From Octopus sinensis (lineage: Eukaryota), in NCBI RefSeq assembly GCF_006345805.1, contig NC_042998.1, positions 157,728,001 through 157,792,000 of the forward strand: a stretch of 64,000 nucleotides of DNA, written 5' to 3'. Under the pieces are notes generated by a model that made no database searches, had not been told where the DNA came from, and saw nothing but the letters and a program-made list of their open reading frames with translations. A program made the translations under genes and the position numbers. Positions 24,752-37,990 of the stretch are shown here, in pieces (the stretch's first letter is position 1; every line of letters begins with the position of its first letter).

Positions 24752-24968
24752 AAAGTAATGAGCTGGTAGACTCGTTAGCGCACAAAATAAAATGTTTATT
24801 GACATTTCGTCTGCCTTATGTTCTGAACTCAAATTCTACCGATGTTAACTTTGCCGTTTATCCTTTTGGAGTTGTTGAAATAAATACTAATTATTCTCTG
24901 GAGACAATGGAATTGGCTTGCCACCTCCCCTAAAATTTCAGGCCTTGTCTCTATTGTAGAAAAGAATA
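24752..24968 (+). mobile_element. SINE family A (second of a tandem pair)
   Basis: GAGCTGGTAGACTCGTTAGC..CCTAAAATTTCAGGCCTTGT. Confidence 0.8.
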
Positions 24969-25064
24969 TCGTTATCATGAGTTTTTCCTCTTCCTTTAAT
25001 TTTGTTTCCATTTCCTGCTAACTGTCTTCCCGACACCTTGAGAAACTCACTGTATGCTCTTGTA

Positions 25065-26338
25065 CGAGGGGCGTTCAATAAGTAATGCCTCTGACCCACT
25101 TGCAGTTGTTTGATCTAGCTGAAATTTTGCATGTGCAATTATTTATATCTCTATAGATTAAGTGGCAAATTACAGCTCTGAACTAACTGTGGTTTCCGAT
25201 TTACAGCTGTTTGAACTGAGTCAAGTGTGAAATGGAGCCTGTTGAGTGTCGAGTAGTGATCCGGTTTTTGTATTTGAAAGGACGCACACCACGGCAGACT
25301 TTTGATGAAATGAAAGTAACTTATGGTGATGATGCCCCATCATATGCCCTTGTAAAACGCTGGCATCGTGAATTCAAACATGGTCGGAACTCTGTGAAAA
25401 CAGCTCCCAGATCTGGTCGCCCCCTTCTGCCATTGATGAGGCATCTGTCTGTCAAGTTGAGGCTGCCATTTTGGAAGATCGACGCATAACTATTCGCCAA
25501 ATAGCCCATGAGGTCAAGGTTAGTACCGGGTCTGTGAAAACTATCATTCATGACCATTTGCATATGCAAAAGGTGTCTGCCAGATGGATTCCCAGGTTGC
25601 TCACACCTTTCCAGAAGCAAGAACGCGTCGATTGCTCGAGGATGAATTTGGAGATGTGCCAAGAAGATGAGTCAAAATTTTTCAAAAGACTGATTGCATA
25701 GGATAAAACCTGGGTCCATCTCTATGATCCAGAGACCAAAGCCCAGTCAATGCAGTGGAAGCACCGTGACTCCCCTCCTCCAAAGAAGGCAAGGGTGCAG
25801 CCCTCCGCTGCAAGGTCATGCTTACAGTCTTCTGGGACCAGGACGGTGTAGTGAAGACAGATTTCCTGGCAAAGGGTGCCACAATTACAGGAGTCTATTA
25901 TGCTTCACTTTTGAGGAAATTAAGAGAAGCTATCAAAATCAAGAGGCGGGGCAAGATCAGCAAAGGCATCCTCCTCCTGCAGGACAACGCTCCGATCAAC
26001 AACTCGCGTGTCGCCAGATCAGAAGCACAGGTGTGCGGCTATGAACTCATCCTCCTGACCTTGCACCCTCTGATTTTCACCTCTTCCAGCCATGAAGTTG
26101 TTTTTGAAAGGAAAGCGTTTCCCAGATGATGCAGCCTTGATTTCTGAAGTCACGTCGTGGTTGGAGGACCAAGCTGGGTTCTTCTACAAAAACGGTCTTC
26201 AGAGCTGCATCAAACGATGGGAGAAATGCGTAACTCTGGGTGGTTTCTATGTAAAAAAAGACTAATAACTGTTCCAAGTTTCGTTGCTCTACTGCTATGG
26301 GAAGTGGGTCAGGGGCATTACTTATTGAACGCCCCTCG
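25065..26338 (+). mobile_element. Full-length mariner transposon (irritans-like), decayed
   Basis: Near-perfect ~36-bp TIRs CGAGGGGCGTTCAATAAGTAATGCC; TA duplication at 25063-64 and 26339-40; 1274 bp. Confidence 0.95.
25232..26265 (+). pseudogene. Mariner transposase pseudogene
   Basis: MEPVECRVVIRFL..PRSGRP, WIPRLL, DKTWVHLYDPETK, MLTVFWD, QDNAP; frameshifts, a TAG near 25700 and loss of the HPPYSPDL segment. Confidence 0.95.
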
Positions 26339-26439
26339 TAGGCCATTTAAATAAGCAAACCAAATTCATTTAGAAAACCAAATTCAGTTATGTAGAAAAA
26401 GTTTACCTACAATGAGGATAATCATTCTCACAGCGACAA

Positions 26440-27580
26440 TGCTCTTCTCAATAAGTGTGACCAGTTAAAACAATCATTTGCACTTCTTGCATTTCTTCAA
26501 AGTAGCGATGGTTGACTTTGGCGGATGCTTTGGATTGATCCAAATTGGCCAGAGCCCCTCCAAAGTCAGCTTTAGTCCCAGTCCTCTCTATGATGTATCG
26601 CATAAAGTGGAGGTTGTTGTGTTTGGTCATGTTCGGAAATGAACCCGTTTGTACTTTTCCGACAAGATTGCACTAACACCATGGTCAAATTCTTAAACTC
26701 TGTGTTTAGCAGAGTTCTGAGTCGAAAATTGCCTAACATTTTCCCATTGTTGGCGTCCTTCCTTAGAGTTACCACACCGGCTAAGAGATTAGGAATTCTC
26801 CCGTTCTGTAGACAGTTAAGGTAGACGCCTGTCAAGATTCCGCCAAAGATTCCGCTGGCATGAACTCATAGGAAGACTGTTTGTGACTTGTGCAATCAGT
26901 CCATCGCCTTCCGTATTTCAGCGGCCGTTATTGACTTTCCACAGAAACTCGCGTTTGCTACTGAGAGCCGCGGCAAGTCGTCCAGGTATAAATGAATGTC
27001 CGCTACCGTCATCGACCTATCGTCTTCTTCAAACAGCCGCACGAAGAGCTGTTAGAATGTCGCACACATCTGCTCAGAACCAAATATCATTATCCTGCCC
27101 CACTCTGTGAAAGGCCTGATCGTGGTTTTGTTGCCACATCGCGTTTTCACATTTTGGGTCCATCGGACGTTTGAGCGCACGGGGCATAGCTAATACGTCA
27201 CCCGAAGTGCCATTACTAACCACCTCTTCTAGTTATATTTTTCTTTCTAATATTTTTCTTTGCTCAACGCTATCGATTCTACTTTAATCGTCCTCTTCAG
27301 GGCAATCCACCACCGATTGTTTGCGAGTGTTTCCGTCAACTTCCAATTGCCTAGTTCACTAATCCGGTCCTTGTAGTCTTTGTGTACCGGTAAGAACGCT
27401 TTCAACTTCCTGCAATCGCGTCCTGATCTACTGATCCTTTCTAAATCGACTGTATGGGTCACAAATATTTGTGGCCTATGTAGCCGACCAATTTGAATTG
27501 TGAGCAACCTATTCTATCCCTATCTACTGACCTAACAAATACTATATCTAGATACGATATGGAAACCCTCCTTCTCATTT
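26440..27580 (-). mobile_element. Tx1/L1-clade LINE ORF2 fragment (end of APE endonuclease to RT start)
   Basis: SYLDIVFVRSVD (APE end), WWIALKRTIKVESIALS, LRKD..NFRLRTLLNTEFK, HNNLHFMRYII, NLDQSKA..VNHRY. Confidence 0.7.
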
Positions 27581-27823
27581 ACGATCGTCACTGCGTCAAT
27601 TGAAATTCTCCCCATGAACGGAAAAATAGAAATATTTCACAACACAAAATTAAATCGAGATGTTGCAAAGAACAGGGGAACAACACATGAAAAGAAATTT
27701 ACCTACCAGTAGAAAACAAAATTACTTTCCACCTTAGTACAAATTTCAAAATCGGGCTCAAAAGCTATCCGTGGTTTCACTTACAATCTTTATACTTAGA
27801 TCGAGCGTGGCAAATGACAATAG

Positions 27824-27895
<72 letters not shown>

Positions 27896-27960
27896 TTACA
27901 ATGATAATAATGATAATAATAACAATAACGATATTATAATAATAATAATTATTATTATTA

Positions 27961-29012
27961 TGTTTTTTCCTTCTTTCTTCAAATTTTCTTCCTTTTGTTG
28001 CCGAGTGTTTTCCATACACGTAGGGCAGAGAAGCTCATTGTATGCATTCCCAGATTACACGCGCAAATTCACAGTTAAAATATGTATCTAAAAGTTAGTA
28101 AACAAATAAATTCATGGATGGATGTTGTTTTCACAGCGATAATGCTCTTCTCAGTACATGAGCCGTTCCAGTTAATACGATTTTTTTGCACGTCTTGTAG
28201 GGATGGTAAGCCTGGAATCATTTTCAAATAGGTTTCAGTACCTTTTTTTATCATTCCTAGAGATCTTACAATCACCGGTACTGAAGTCGCCTTGAGATGC
28301 CACATTTTTTTCAATTTCTATTAGCAAATCTTTATATTTACTAATCTCGTCAAATTCTTTCGCCGCTTATATTGTGATCGCAAGGAATACTCATGTCAAT
28401 TAATAAACACATCTTTTTTGTCTGATCTTTTATAATAATATCCGATTTATTAGCTTTTATAGTCTTGTCAGTCTGTACGGGGAAGTCCTATAGAATCGAC
28501 ACATTTTCTCCCTCAGTCACAGCTTCAGGATGGTGTTTATACCATTTGTCAGCGGTTTTGATTTTATAATGCCGACATATTGTCCAATGTAAATACTGAC
28601 CGATTCTGTCATGTCTTGCTTTATATTCTGCAGGTTCTAAGACTCTACACCCTGAGATTAGGTGGTCTATTGTTTCAATCTCATTGTACAGAATCGGCAT
28701 TTTGGGTCAGCTTGGTAGTTCCGGGTTAATAAGCTTTGGTTTTGAGCAACTAATATGAAACCTTCACTCACTGCTTTTAGCCCAGAGCTTCGTAACCATT
28801 AGTGCGTGTGTTTTATGGTCGACATCAGCTTGTTTGCTACGGACCACATACTTGCCATGGAGAGGTTTCTGTTCCCATCTGCTAGCTAAATTTTCATGTG
28901 CTTTTGTCTTTGCAATTAATTTTATTTTCTTTGCAGCTGCAGTTGGCGCATTTCCTTCAGCCTGATCAATCTGGTGGGGATCTAAGAGATCAGCAGCGAA
29001 TTTTTTGCTCTC
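27961..29012 (-). mobile_element. 5'-truncated R4/Dong-clade LINE (RLE domain plus 3' UTR)
   Basis: WEQKPLHGKY, ETIDHLISGC, RHDRIGQYLHW, KMWHLKATSVPV; homologous to 47296-51084; trinucleotide TAA/ATT tracts on both sides; stop at 28131-28133. Confidence 0.9.
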
Positions 29013-29321
29013 TTATTATTATTATTATTATTATTATCAGTCAATTAATAAACTAGTCGATTGCTTTGGCTAATCTTTTGATCAATCAATCAGTTGGTTC
29101 GTCAGATTCCTTTCTAAGCCACTTCTGACCTCATCAATGAAGTACTCTCGTCTGCATCATGTGAGAGGCTGTCGCAAAATTGATTTATTGCGTTTTGGCT
29201 CAGAGGCAAGTCACAGAATTATATAAATTTTGCACACTTTTGATTATGTGTGCGTGTATGCGTGTGTGTTTGTGTGTGTGTGTGTTGTGTGTGTGTGTGT
29301 GTTGTGTGTGTGTGTGTGGCA

Positions 29322-29355
<34 letters not shown>

Positions 29356-29689
29356 GACGTGTATGTCTTCTTAGAATTATAGTTTCGTTGTGCTTTGCAT
29401 TCTCACTATCTATACCTATGAATGTATATGTCTACATGTATGAGTGAATATATATGTGTGCGCATGTGTATGTGCTTCCATGTATGTGCACATGTGTGCG
29501 AGAGAGGAAGCATGTATGTTATTTATCCGCGTTTCAGTAGCTTCGTCAGAAATTTCACTTGTACAAATCATTTAGCACTTATTTAGCTTCCCACATACCT
29601 ATTTACACGCACACGCACGTGTACGCATACATATTCACGAATGCAGACAACGCGGTTGAAGTAATAATAGGGACACTTTAATATTATTA

Positions 29690-30050
29690 ATGGCATTTTT
29701 CCTGTTCCAAACCGTGCTTGAGCCAACAAATCATCAAAAGTGCTCTTGACCAACTATTGAGCACTATTCCTAATATCACAGTCCAAACGATCTTCACTTT
29801 AGTAAAGCTTTAGTCATACCCAGCCATAACATTTTGCAAAAGAAATTATCGCGCTCTGAAGTCTGTGGAAAGTTACCGCAATGGATCAAAGTTTCATGAC
29901 GAACAGAACTCTACATGATCGACCAAATTTACTCACGACCAGATAAGTCATTACTAATGTCACCCAAGCTACTGTGCTGGGCCTTCTTTTTCACTGATGA
30001 CTACAAACCCTGGAGAAGTCATCAAAGGACAATGTGGAAGAACAGAACTC
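29690..30050 (+). mobile_element. Old CR1/L2-like LINE RT relic
   Basis: HFSKALVIPSHNILQKKL..GKLPQWIK and NVTQATVLG resemble DFSKAFD..H..LL.KL and GVPQGSVLG. Confidence 0.55.
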
Positions 30051-30527
30051 CAACATCTAAGCTTATCTAGCTTATATATACGTATACATTTACCATCATC
30101 ATCGTTTAACGCTCACTTTTCAATGTTTACATAAGGCAGGTGGTATTCACTGAGGCTATGTTTTTACAGCTGAATGACTTTCCTGTCGCTAACCTCGATC
30201 AACTATCATGCGATGTCAAAACAAGAAAGCGCTCGCGCGTATACACGTGTGCTCACCCGTGTATATGTGTATAAATGTTTGTGTGAGTGTGTGTGTATGT
30301 GGGGGGCGTAACGAACTTTTTCGGTTTCCGTTGATGAAATCCACGCACAAGGTCAGGAACTTTAGTAAAAGCCACTAACCGAAGACGCCATGCAATGAAA
30401 CTAAATTCGAAACAATGTGTTTGGGAATACAGACACATGTACACAGATACACGCGCGCGCCTGGTGTAGATAGGCACCTACCTATAGGCACCCACAATAT
30501 TTGCATGGTGGTATGTATGTATGTATG

Positions 30528-30609
<82 letters not shown>

Positions 30610-31496
30610 CTAGATATGCATGTGTGTATACGTGTATGTCTATAAGTGTTGGTGTGTTTATGCTCTTGAGTGATTGTGTATATGTAAACGAGGTAAGTAC
30701 ATATGTGTTTTAATGGATATGTGTATGCGAGTGTGTGAAATTATAGAACCGCTGGAAAGCACAGAAACGTTGAGACAGAGGTAATTGATATGTAAACTTT
30801 CTGCCACAAGGCAAATGTAAGCACAAATGCCTACTCTCATACAATCTATATGCATATATTAAAATGAAGCTACTCTTTTGTATGAAACAAACACAGAGCA
30901 CAAACCGTATAAATACTGCGGTGAAACATGTATGCATACACACAACAGAACACACACTCACATGCGCGCGCACGCACACACACGCACAAACAGACACACA
31001 GACGGACAGACACACACACAGACAAACACACACACACGTACAAACAGATATCGGCACGGAGTGCGAAATATCCTGAATTATCTACCTGACATTAACGAGC
31101 ATTTTGCAATTCCAGTCCTACGAGGACGGTGAAATAAAAATAAAATCGTTATAAGCGTGTATTAATTATTGTGTCTATATTGTCTTTGCATATGTACTAG
31201 CTACTAATACTTTCATGGTACCATGTACATTGTATAAGTATGACCTGGTTAGGCACGCAGTATATATCAGCATAAAGTAGAAATTCAAAGAAAGGATACA
31301 ATTGTATACATGATACACATTTTAAAACTTTCTTGGACAAATAACCCCTGTATCTTAATAATAAAGTTCTCGGAAGGCAAGATCGTATCGACCAGTCGAT
31401 TAATTTCTTTTTCTTTTATAATTTGAAGTTATCGTCTCTGCTTTATAATATTTTAATATACGGTGTGTCGTATTCTTCTGTATATTGTGCGCATAT

Positions 31497-31658
31497 AGGT
31501 GCAGGAGTGGCTGTGTGGTAAGTAGCTTGCTAACCAACCACATGGTTCCGGGTTCAGTCCCACTGCATGGCATCTTGGGCAAGTGTCTTCTGCTATAGCC
31601 CCAGGCCGACCAATGCCTTGTGAGTGGATTTGGTAGACGGAAACTGAAAGAAGCCTGT

Positions 31659-31691
<33 letters not shown>

Positions 31692-31890
31692 TTGTGTGTC
31701 TGTGTTTGTCTCCCTAGCATTGCTTGACAACCGATGCTGGTGTGTTTACGTCCCCGTTACTTAGCGGTTCGGCAAAATAGACCGATAGAATAAGTACTGG
31801 GCTTACAAAAAATAAGTCCCGGGGTCGATTTGCTCGACTAAAGGCGGTGCTCCAGCATGGCCGCAGTCAAATGACTGAAACAAGTAAAAA
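31497..31890 (+). mobile_element. tRNA-derived SINE family B, full-length
   Basis: GGAGTGGCTGTGTGGT..GGTTCAGTCCC..CTTGGGCAAGTGTC..internal (TA)(TG)..CAGCATGGCCGCAGTCAAATGACTGAAACAAGTAAAA. Confidence 0.92.
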
Positions 31891-34777
31891 TGATTTAAAA
31901 AATGAGAAATGATTTATGTTCGCTTGTTTGTTTGTTTATGATGTGCGTAGGTGTATTGATATATACACACACACACAAACATGCACATTGGTACATAACC
32001 ACATACATGCGCACGCACATTCACATATATATATTTAAGCCACTATTCTCTTCGTCTCCTTTTCATTTTTTTAATTGCTCGTACAACTGAAGAAATTATT
32101 TGCTCATTGTATTGAACAATATATCTGTGAATTTCTTGAAATCTTACTATTTTAATCGTTAACATTACATTTCAGGTTGTTTAGTGGGCAGTGATGATTA
32201 GTATAATCTTTATTGTTTAGTCTGAAGATAATAAGTTCTAAACAATTCAAAGACATCTCTCGCTGCAAGCATGTGTAGGAAATTAATGTCCTGTAGTTCA
32301 TTGAATCTTGTCTCTACTCATTAAACCTTTCACCACGCCGCACCTCATTAGTGAATTTTAAAAGCAGAAATTGAAAAGCAGCTATAGAAAAATGATATGG
32401 CCGAACGAATTCTGTTTTAACAATATCAGTGCTTCAGCGATTTTGTCATGTTGTTTCCTGTTCGCTTGTATGCTTTGTTATTTTTTTCTAATTTAATGAC
32501 ATAACTGCAATTTAGAAGCCTAATTCATTTATTTGCAGAAACCTTTCATGCAATATAATAACACAGGTTTGATAGATCTCTATCGTCATCTGATAGCCAA
32601 CAAAAAATTCCAAAACGCCTACAGAATACATGCCAATTAATTGACATTCTACGCGAATTTAAAGTGAGATGATACTGATGCGAATGAAAATTGCCAACTG
32701 AAATCTTTGTGGAATTTTCGTTGAAATATTAATACTCACAAGATTAAAAGATCATAAACTAATCTTTGACTAGTTAATATTTAATCCTCTCCAAAAGTGT
32801 GTACTGAAACAGTTATGGATCACTTATATATATTTTTTTCCCCTAAAATCACTATATTTTTGAAGCTGAATGAATAAGTAATATGAAGTCTATAACATTT
32901 TTATTCATACACAATGTAAATAAATTCAAATTACTTGAAACCTGGATTGCGATTATCCCGTTACGTGGCTATCCAGAATACAAATCAATTACTAGAATTT
33001 GCGAAGCTGGCCAAACAAGAACTAGTGTTCGAAATATTAGACTAAACTATATTTAAATCATCCTAAATCATGTCCAAGTGCATCACTCCCCTCTTCAGTT
33101 ACTCATTTACAATAAATTCAATAACATTATCTTGTCACTTAGTTTCCTTTTAGGGTTCAGAATGAAGAAGCCCCCAAAACGTTTGAGCTCTCTTCTCTTT
33201 TCTCAGTCTAAAATTAAAAATAAATTTATATTTATGGATGTGTCACTTGTTTACCAGATATAAGCAATAAGTTTATTTCCATCTCTTTTCTCAGTAAATA
33301 TTTATCACAAAATATGTTGTATTAACATATTGAGGACCACCTAGGAAAACAGTCACTCCAGAAAAACATTTAACGTATCGAAATTCATAAAATTCTCACG
33401 ATTTTAATCAGAAATTACCCATCCGTAAATGGTATGACAACGGAAATTATTTTATATTTCACGAGTTGACATGAATCATGTATGAAATTCATATTGTATG
33501 CTGTTGGTGGAGTCAAATTTTAAATTTAAATATATATATAAAATAAGATATTGTTTTGAATTCATATGTTACTGTTTTGGTTACTGATACCCTTATGTAT
33601 ACATATAATAGAAAGAATGTTTAATAACAAAACAATATTGACAGTGTACTATAGAAGGAAAATAATAAGTGCTTAACTGTTGTGATAAACACTGAAAAGA
33701 ACAAAGGCAGATAAATAGTGATTACAAATGAATTTATAGAAGGAAGATAACTAAACTTCATTTGGTCAAATATAGCCAGACGGGAACGTAAGGAAAGAGC
33801 AATATGAAATCAATATAAATGTAGTTCCAGTCTAGTTCACTTTGGCTAATGAGCTTTTACAATTTGTATGACAAATGCAAAGAGTGTTGTGAGAAATAAA
33901 AAGAGAGTCAATCTGTGAAAGAAAAGGAGAAATGGAGATAGCTTGGGAGCGGAATATAAACGGAAGACTAGAAACTGATAGAAAGATAAGAAAATACACA
34001 AAATACAAATAAATGCAAAAGATATTCTTCAGGAAATCAGTCACTGTCTGATAAAGACGTGAAATCACCGGTTCTGGTACCCTTATTGTTTTCATTAGTA
34101 TTCCAAAAATTCTGACATTATATTAAGTACATATATGCAGTTTTGTTACAGATATTGTATTCGGTATTTTGTCTTTTGATGAAATAAAACAACACAGATA
34201 AAGTAGCAATTCTTTGCTTACACTTATAGTCATGCAAGGACGTAAAGTTATAATCGATAGAGATGAACCTAAAAATATTAAAACAAAGGAAAATAAATTC
34301 AGTGACTCAAAGATTGCTAATATCAAGTCTTGAAAGAATAAAACGTTACAATGTAACCATCATCAACATGAATTATCCTGATAGTCTCCAAACTAAATCA
34401 GATCGACAAACGCATATGTCGTATAAAGATGTAAAGAAATTTTAGAGTAAACTGATTTTCTATACGCCATAAAACTAATTGACCAAATGAAAAGAATTGG
34501 GCATCATTTCAAAGAACAAATACTTCTTACTTCACATGAAACCATAACATAAGGTACTGTGAATTACAAATACAAAGGATAAGGCCTCTCTGTTTCTTTC
34601 TTTTTTCTTTCTTTCTTTTTTTCGTCCTTTCTTTCTTTCTTTCTTTCGTCCTTTCTTCTTTCTTTTTTTGTTTCTTCCTTTCCGTCTCTCTCCCTTTCTC
34701 TCTCATACAAACACACATATACATGTATATGGATATATGTATTCATATGTTTATATATATATATACACATATATATT

Positions 34778-35120
34778 ATGGCTGCCCCCTCGTTATCGAG
34801 TATGGCCATTGCACGAAGCTTAACTGTTACTGGTGCTGTGATCGAATGTGACTTTTTAGTCCAGCCAAAGATCTACAATGTCTTGTACAAAATTGGCAAC
34901 TAAAACCTTTACTGGTAATAGCCGGCTGTAGTTGTAACTGGGCTTCATGTACCTTTGCATGTCGTTTAAGTCCTCCTGCCGAATTACACTCTCTTCCACA
35001 TGCCCGACAGATATGATTAGTATGGCCAAGTTGTCACTCATCTGTCTCGTTTTATGACTACGAAGATGACTCATGAGTCCAGCTTTACTGAGGCAGGGTC
35101 TTGCACAGACATTGCATACA
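34778..35120 (-). mobile_element. 3' end of an RTE-clade LINE
   Basis: C-terminal C2H2-like [21 protein letters not shown] followed by a ~280-nt UTR, between microsatellites. Confidence 0.6.
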
Positions 35121-35143
35121 TACATATATATATATATTGCACA

Positions 35144-35311
<168 letters not shown>

Positions 35312-36125
35312 ATATGTATTGGAAGAGAATACTGTAATTAGGGAGATTGTTAAATAGATAAGTAGGTAGGTATGCAGGTAGCTATATTACGTGTGTAGTG
35401 TGTACATGCTTTTTAACTATTTATTTGACCTATAGTAAACACCATTAAAGATCGAAATGAAAAAAATATAGCACTCCCATCACTACTACAACCAGTACAT
35501 TTACCGCACTAGCTAGGTAGACTGAACTCTTTGATCAGTTTAACAGAAATGATTATCCATATCATTGAAATCCAACATATATTGAAGTTCTTTCTTGAAA
35601 GAACCAAACACTTCTCTTTTCAATTATTTACTTTTATTATGTACATCGTGGTTTTTATTATACGTTTTTTTTCTTATATATTTTCCCAAATTTGCCAATT
35701 TCTTTCTATTTTTTACTTACTTCTTATTTCTTATTCTTCCTGTCTTTTAATTTCTTTATCTCCATCTTGTTTGGTTTCCTTTTTCTTTCTTTATTTAATT
35801 GCTGCTGTATAACATGCAAAGACACATAAAACATGAAATGATCTAAACCAGAATTTCTTTTATGTTTACCTTTTATTGCTCTCCAGTACACTAAATGTCA
35901 GTTCTTAAAGCCAGCTACCCAGCTAGTTAAAAGCCAGGCCTTTTATTCCTGTGCTTTAGATTTGAATGTATAACCACAGTTTATCTACAGGGTGTTGATG
36001 CTATTATTTATTTCCGTACAGCAGATATGAATGCGATTATAGGCACTGACTGTCTCTTCTACACATATTCACTATCACTCAATCATTTTCTTCCTTATAA
36101 TTCCCTCAATCTCTCATGCACTCAG

Positions 36126-36167
36126 TCACAAATGACCAGCGTGGAGAGCGGCCAGCACCCACTATAA
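36126..36167 (+). other. Candidate 42-nt symmetric micro-exon of an unidentified host gene
   Basis: Pyrimidine-rich tract plus CAG acceptor (36125), GTAAGT donor (36168), open phase-1 reading TNDQRGERPAPTI; no homology evidence. Confidence 0.25.
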
Positions 36168-36269
36168 GTAAGTCGGCAATAGCATGCTGAAGCTTTCATC
36201 CAGAAGTGTATCGAGTGCGGTTGTGTGGAAATGCAATCATAACTATTGGAAGTGATTAACAAATTTGTT

Positions 36270-36663
36270 ACTCTTTTACTTATTTCACTCATTTGACTGC
36301 GGCCATGCTGGAGCACCGCCTTCAATCGAGCAACTCGACCCCGGGACTTATTCTTTTGTAAGCCCAGTACTTATTCTATTGGTCTCTTTAGCCGAACCGC
36401 TAAGTAACGGGGACATAAACACACCAGCATCGGTTGTCAAGCAATGCTAGGGGGACAAACACAGACACACAAACACACACATGCATATATATATACATAT
36501 ATACGACGGGCTTCTTTTCAGTTTCCGTCTTCCAAATCCACTCACAAGGCTTTGGTCGGCCCGAGGCTATAGTAGAAGACGCTTGCCCAAGGTGCCACGC
36601 AGTGGGACTGAACCCGGAACTATGTGGTTGGTAAACAAGCTACTTACCACACAGCCACTCCTG
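36270..36663 (-). mobile_element. SINE family B, full-length
   Basis: High similarity to 15341-15711 and to the reverse complement of 31497-31890. Confidence 0.92.
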
Positions 36664-37569
36664 TTATTGATAATATTAATACATAACTGACGTTTCTTGA
36701 GTGCTGACGTTTGACGCAGTTTAGAATGACCTGGCTGAACACTTCTCATTTTAAATTGCCTTCAGCCCGTAAGTATCTCTCTCGGCAAATAACAATAGTA
36801 GTTATCATTGATTCTTTGCATAGATGTCATATTTGTCGTTGTCTATCAAGTTACTTCATGTGAACGATGGAGACGTTAATACTATAAAATTACATATGTG
36901 ATACCATAACTAATACTTTGTTTCTGCTACAGTTATGGTTATCGACGGCTCTGTTAGTTCTGCTGTGTTCAAGGGTTGTACATGACAGAATTTAATAGAG
37001 CAGTGGATAAAAATATCTTAGAGTATTTAGTTACATCTCTGTATTTTCTTAGTTCAAATTACATCCTGTACGGCTAGCCTTTTATTATTCCAGGCTACAA
37101 CAATCAGTACTAAGTTTGAATAAAAATCCATCCGAAAGATTGTTGCCTTGTGCATATGCCAGTAAGATTAATTACCAATATTTCACAGGGCTAAATTATG
37201 CATACCTTTTATACTTAACCACAGACAGAAATACATTATCAATCTAGATAGCTGCTATAAATGTTCTTTGTTATGCTTCTCCTGACGAATAGCGAAGTCA
37301 GAATCCTAGTGAAACAAAAATGTCTGAATTAAACTCTGATGTGTATAAATAATTCTCATTGTTTATACCATGCATGCTTTAAAGTATTTATTCAGTAAAC
37401 AATTCCACTTAAGATACCCATCTGTTAAAATTTGGTACATTTAGAAAACAATTTCTCCAACATTATTGTGGTAAATAGAGTGAGGGCTACGCTTCACTAA
37501 TAAGGTCCGAATTACAAATGTAATAATGTATCTGCCGTTCTTAGGAAATAATTAAAATGATATTAATCA

Positions 37570-37780
37570 TAGTCGCAGAGTTGGCTGTGTGGTAAGAAGT
37601 TTGTCCGCAAAATATAATGGATTTGGAAGACGGAAACTGAAAGAAGCCCGTCACACACACACACACATGTACGCATGCACGTGCAAATGCACACACGCAT
37701 GCGCGCACACACACATATTCGCCTAAAATTCTACAAGGTGTTGCCCCAGCATGGCCGCTGTCTAGTAAAAGATAAAAGAT
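37570..37780 (+). mobile_element. SINE family B, internally deleted
   Basis: TGGCTGTGTGGTAAG head, GGATTTGGAAGACGGAAACTGAAAGAAGCCCGTC, GCCCCAGCATGGCCGC tail. Confidence 0.7.
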
Positions 37781-37828
37781 GAATATATAAATATCTTTAT
37801 TTTTATATAAAGATAATTATGTGTGTAG

Positions 37829-37876
<48 letters not shown>

Positions 37877-37906
37877 GGAAAAAAGCAACAAGAATGGATT
37901 AAAATC

Positions 37907-37990
37907 TCGGTACGATCGTTTCGTACGAGGACATCTTTAATAAGCTACAAAAAATGCAGTGAATACAGATGGCTCGTACTCGTCAGCCGA
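37907..37990 (-). ncRNA. Type I hammerhead ribozyme with extended helix II (canonical core)
   Basis: Minus strand TCGG-CTGACGA-GTACGAG(43 nt)CTCGTAC-GAAAC-GATC-GTA-CCGA; palindromic helix III ACGATCGT; predicted cleavage between 37911 and 37910. Confidence 0.88.

Noticed and set aside
29521-29553. Minus-strand ATTT-CTGACGA-AG cta CT-GAAAC-GCG-GAT-AAAT hammerhead-like motif
   Set aside because: U16.1 missing and helix II only 2 bp; kept only as a weak relic in the density finding
37276-37328. CTGACGA...GAAAC-AAAAAT-GTC hammerhead-like motif
   Set aside because: Helices I and II pair poorly; at best a decayed relic
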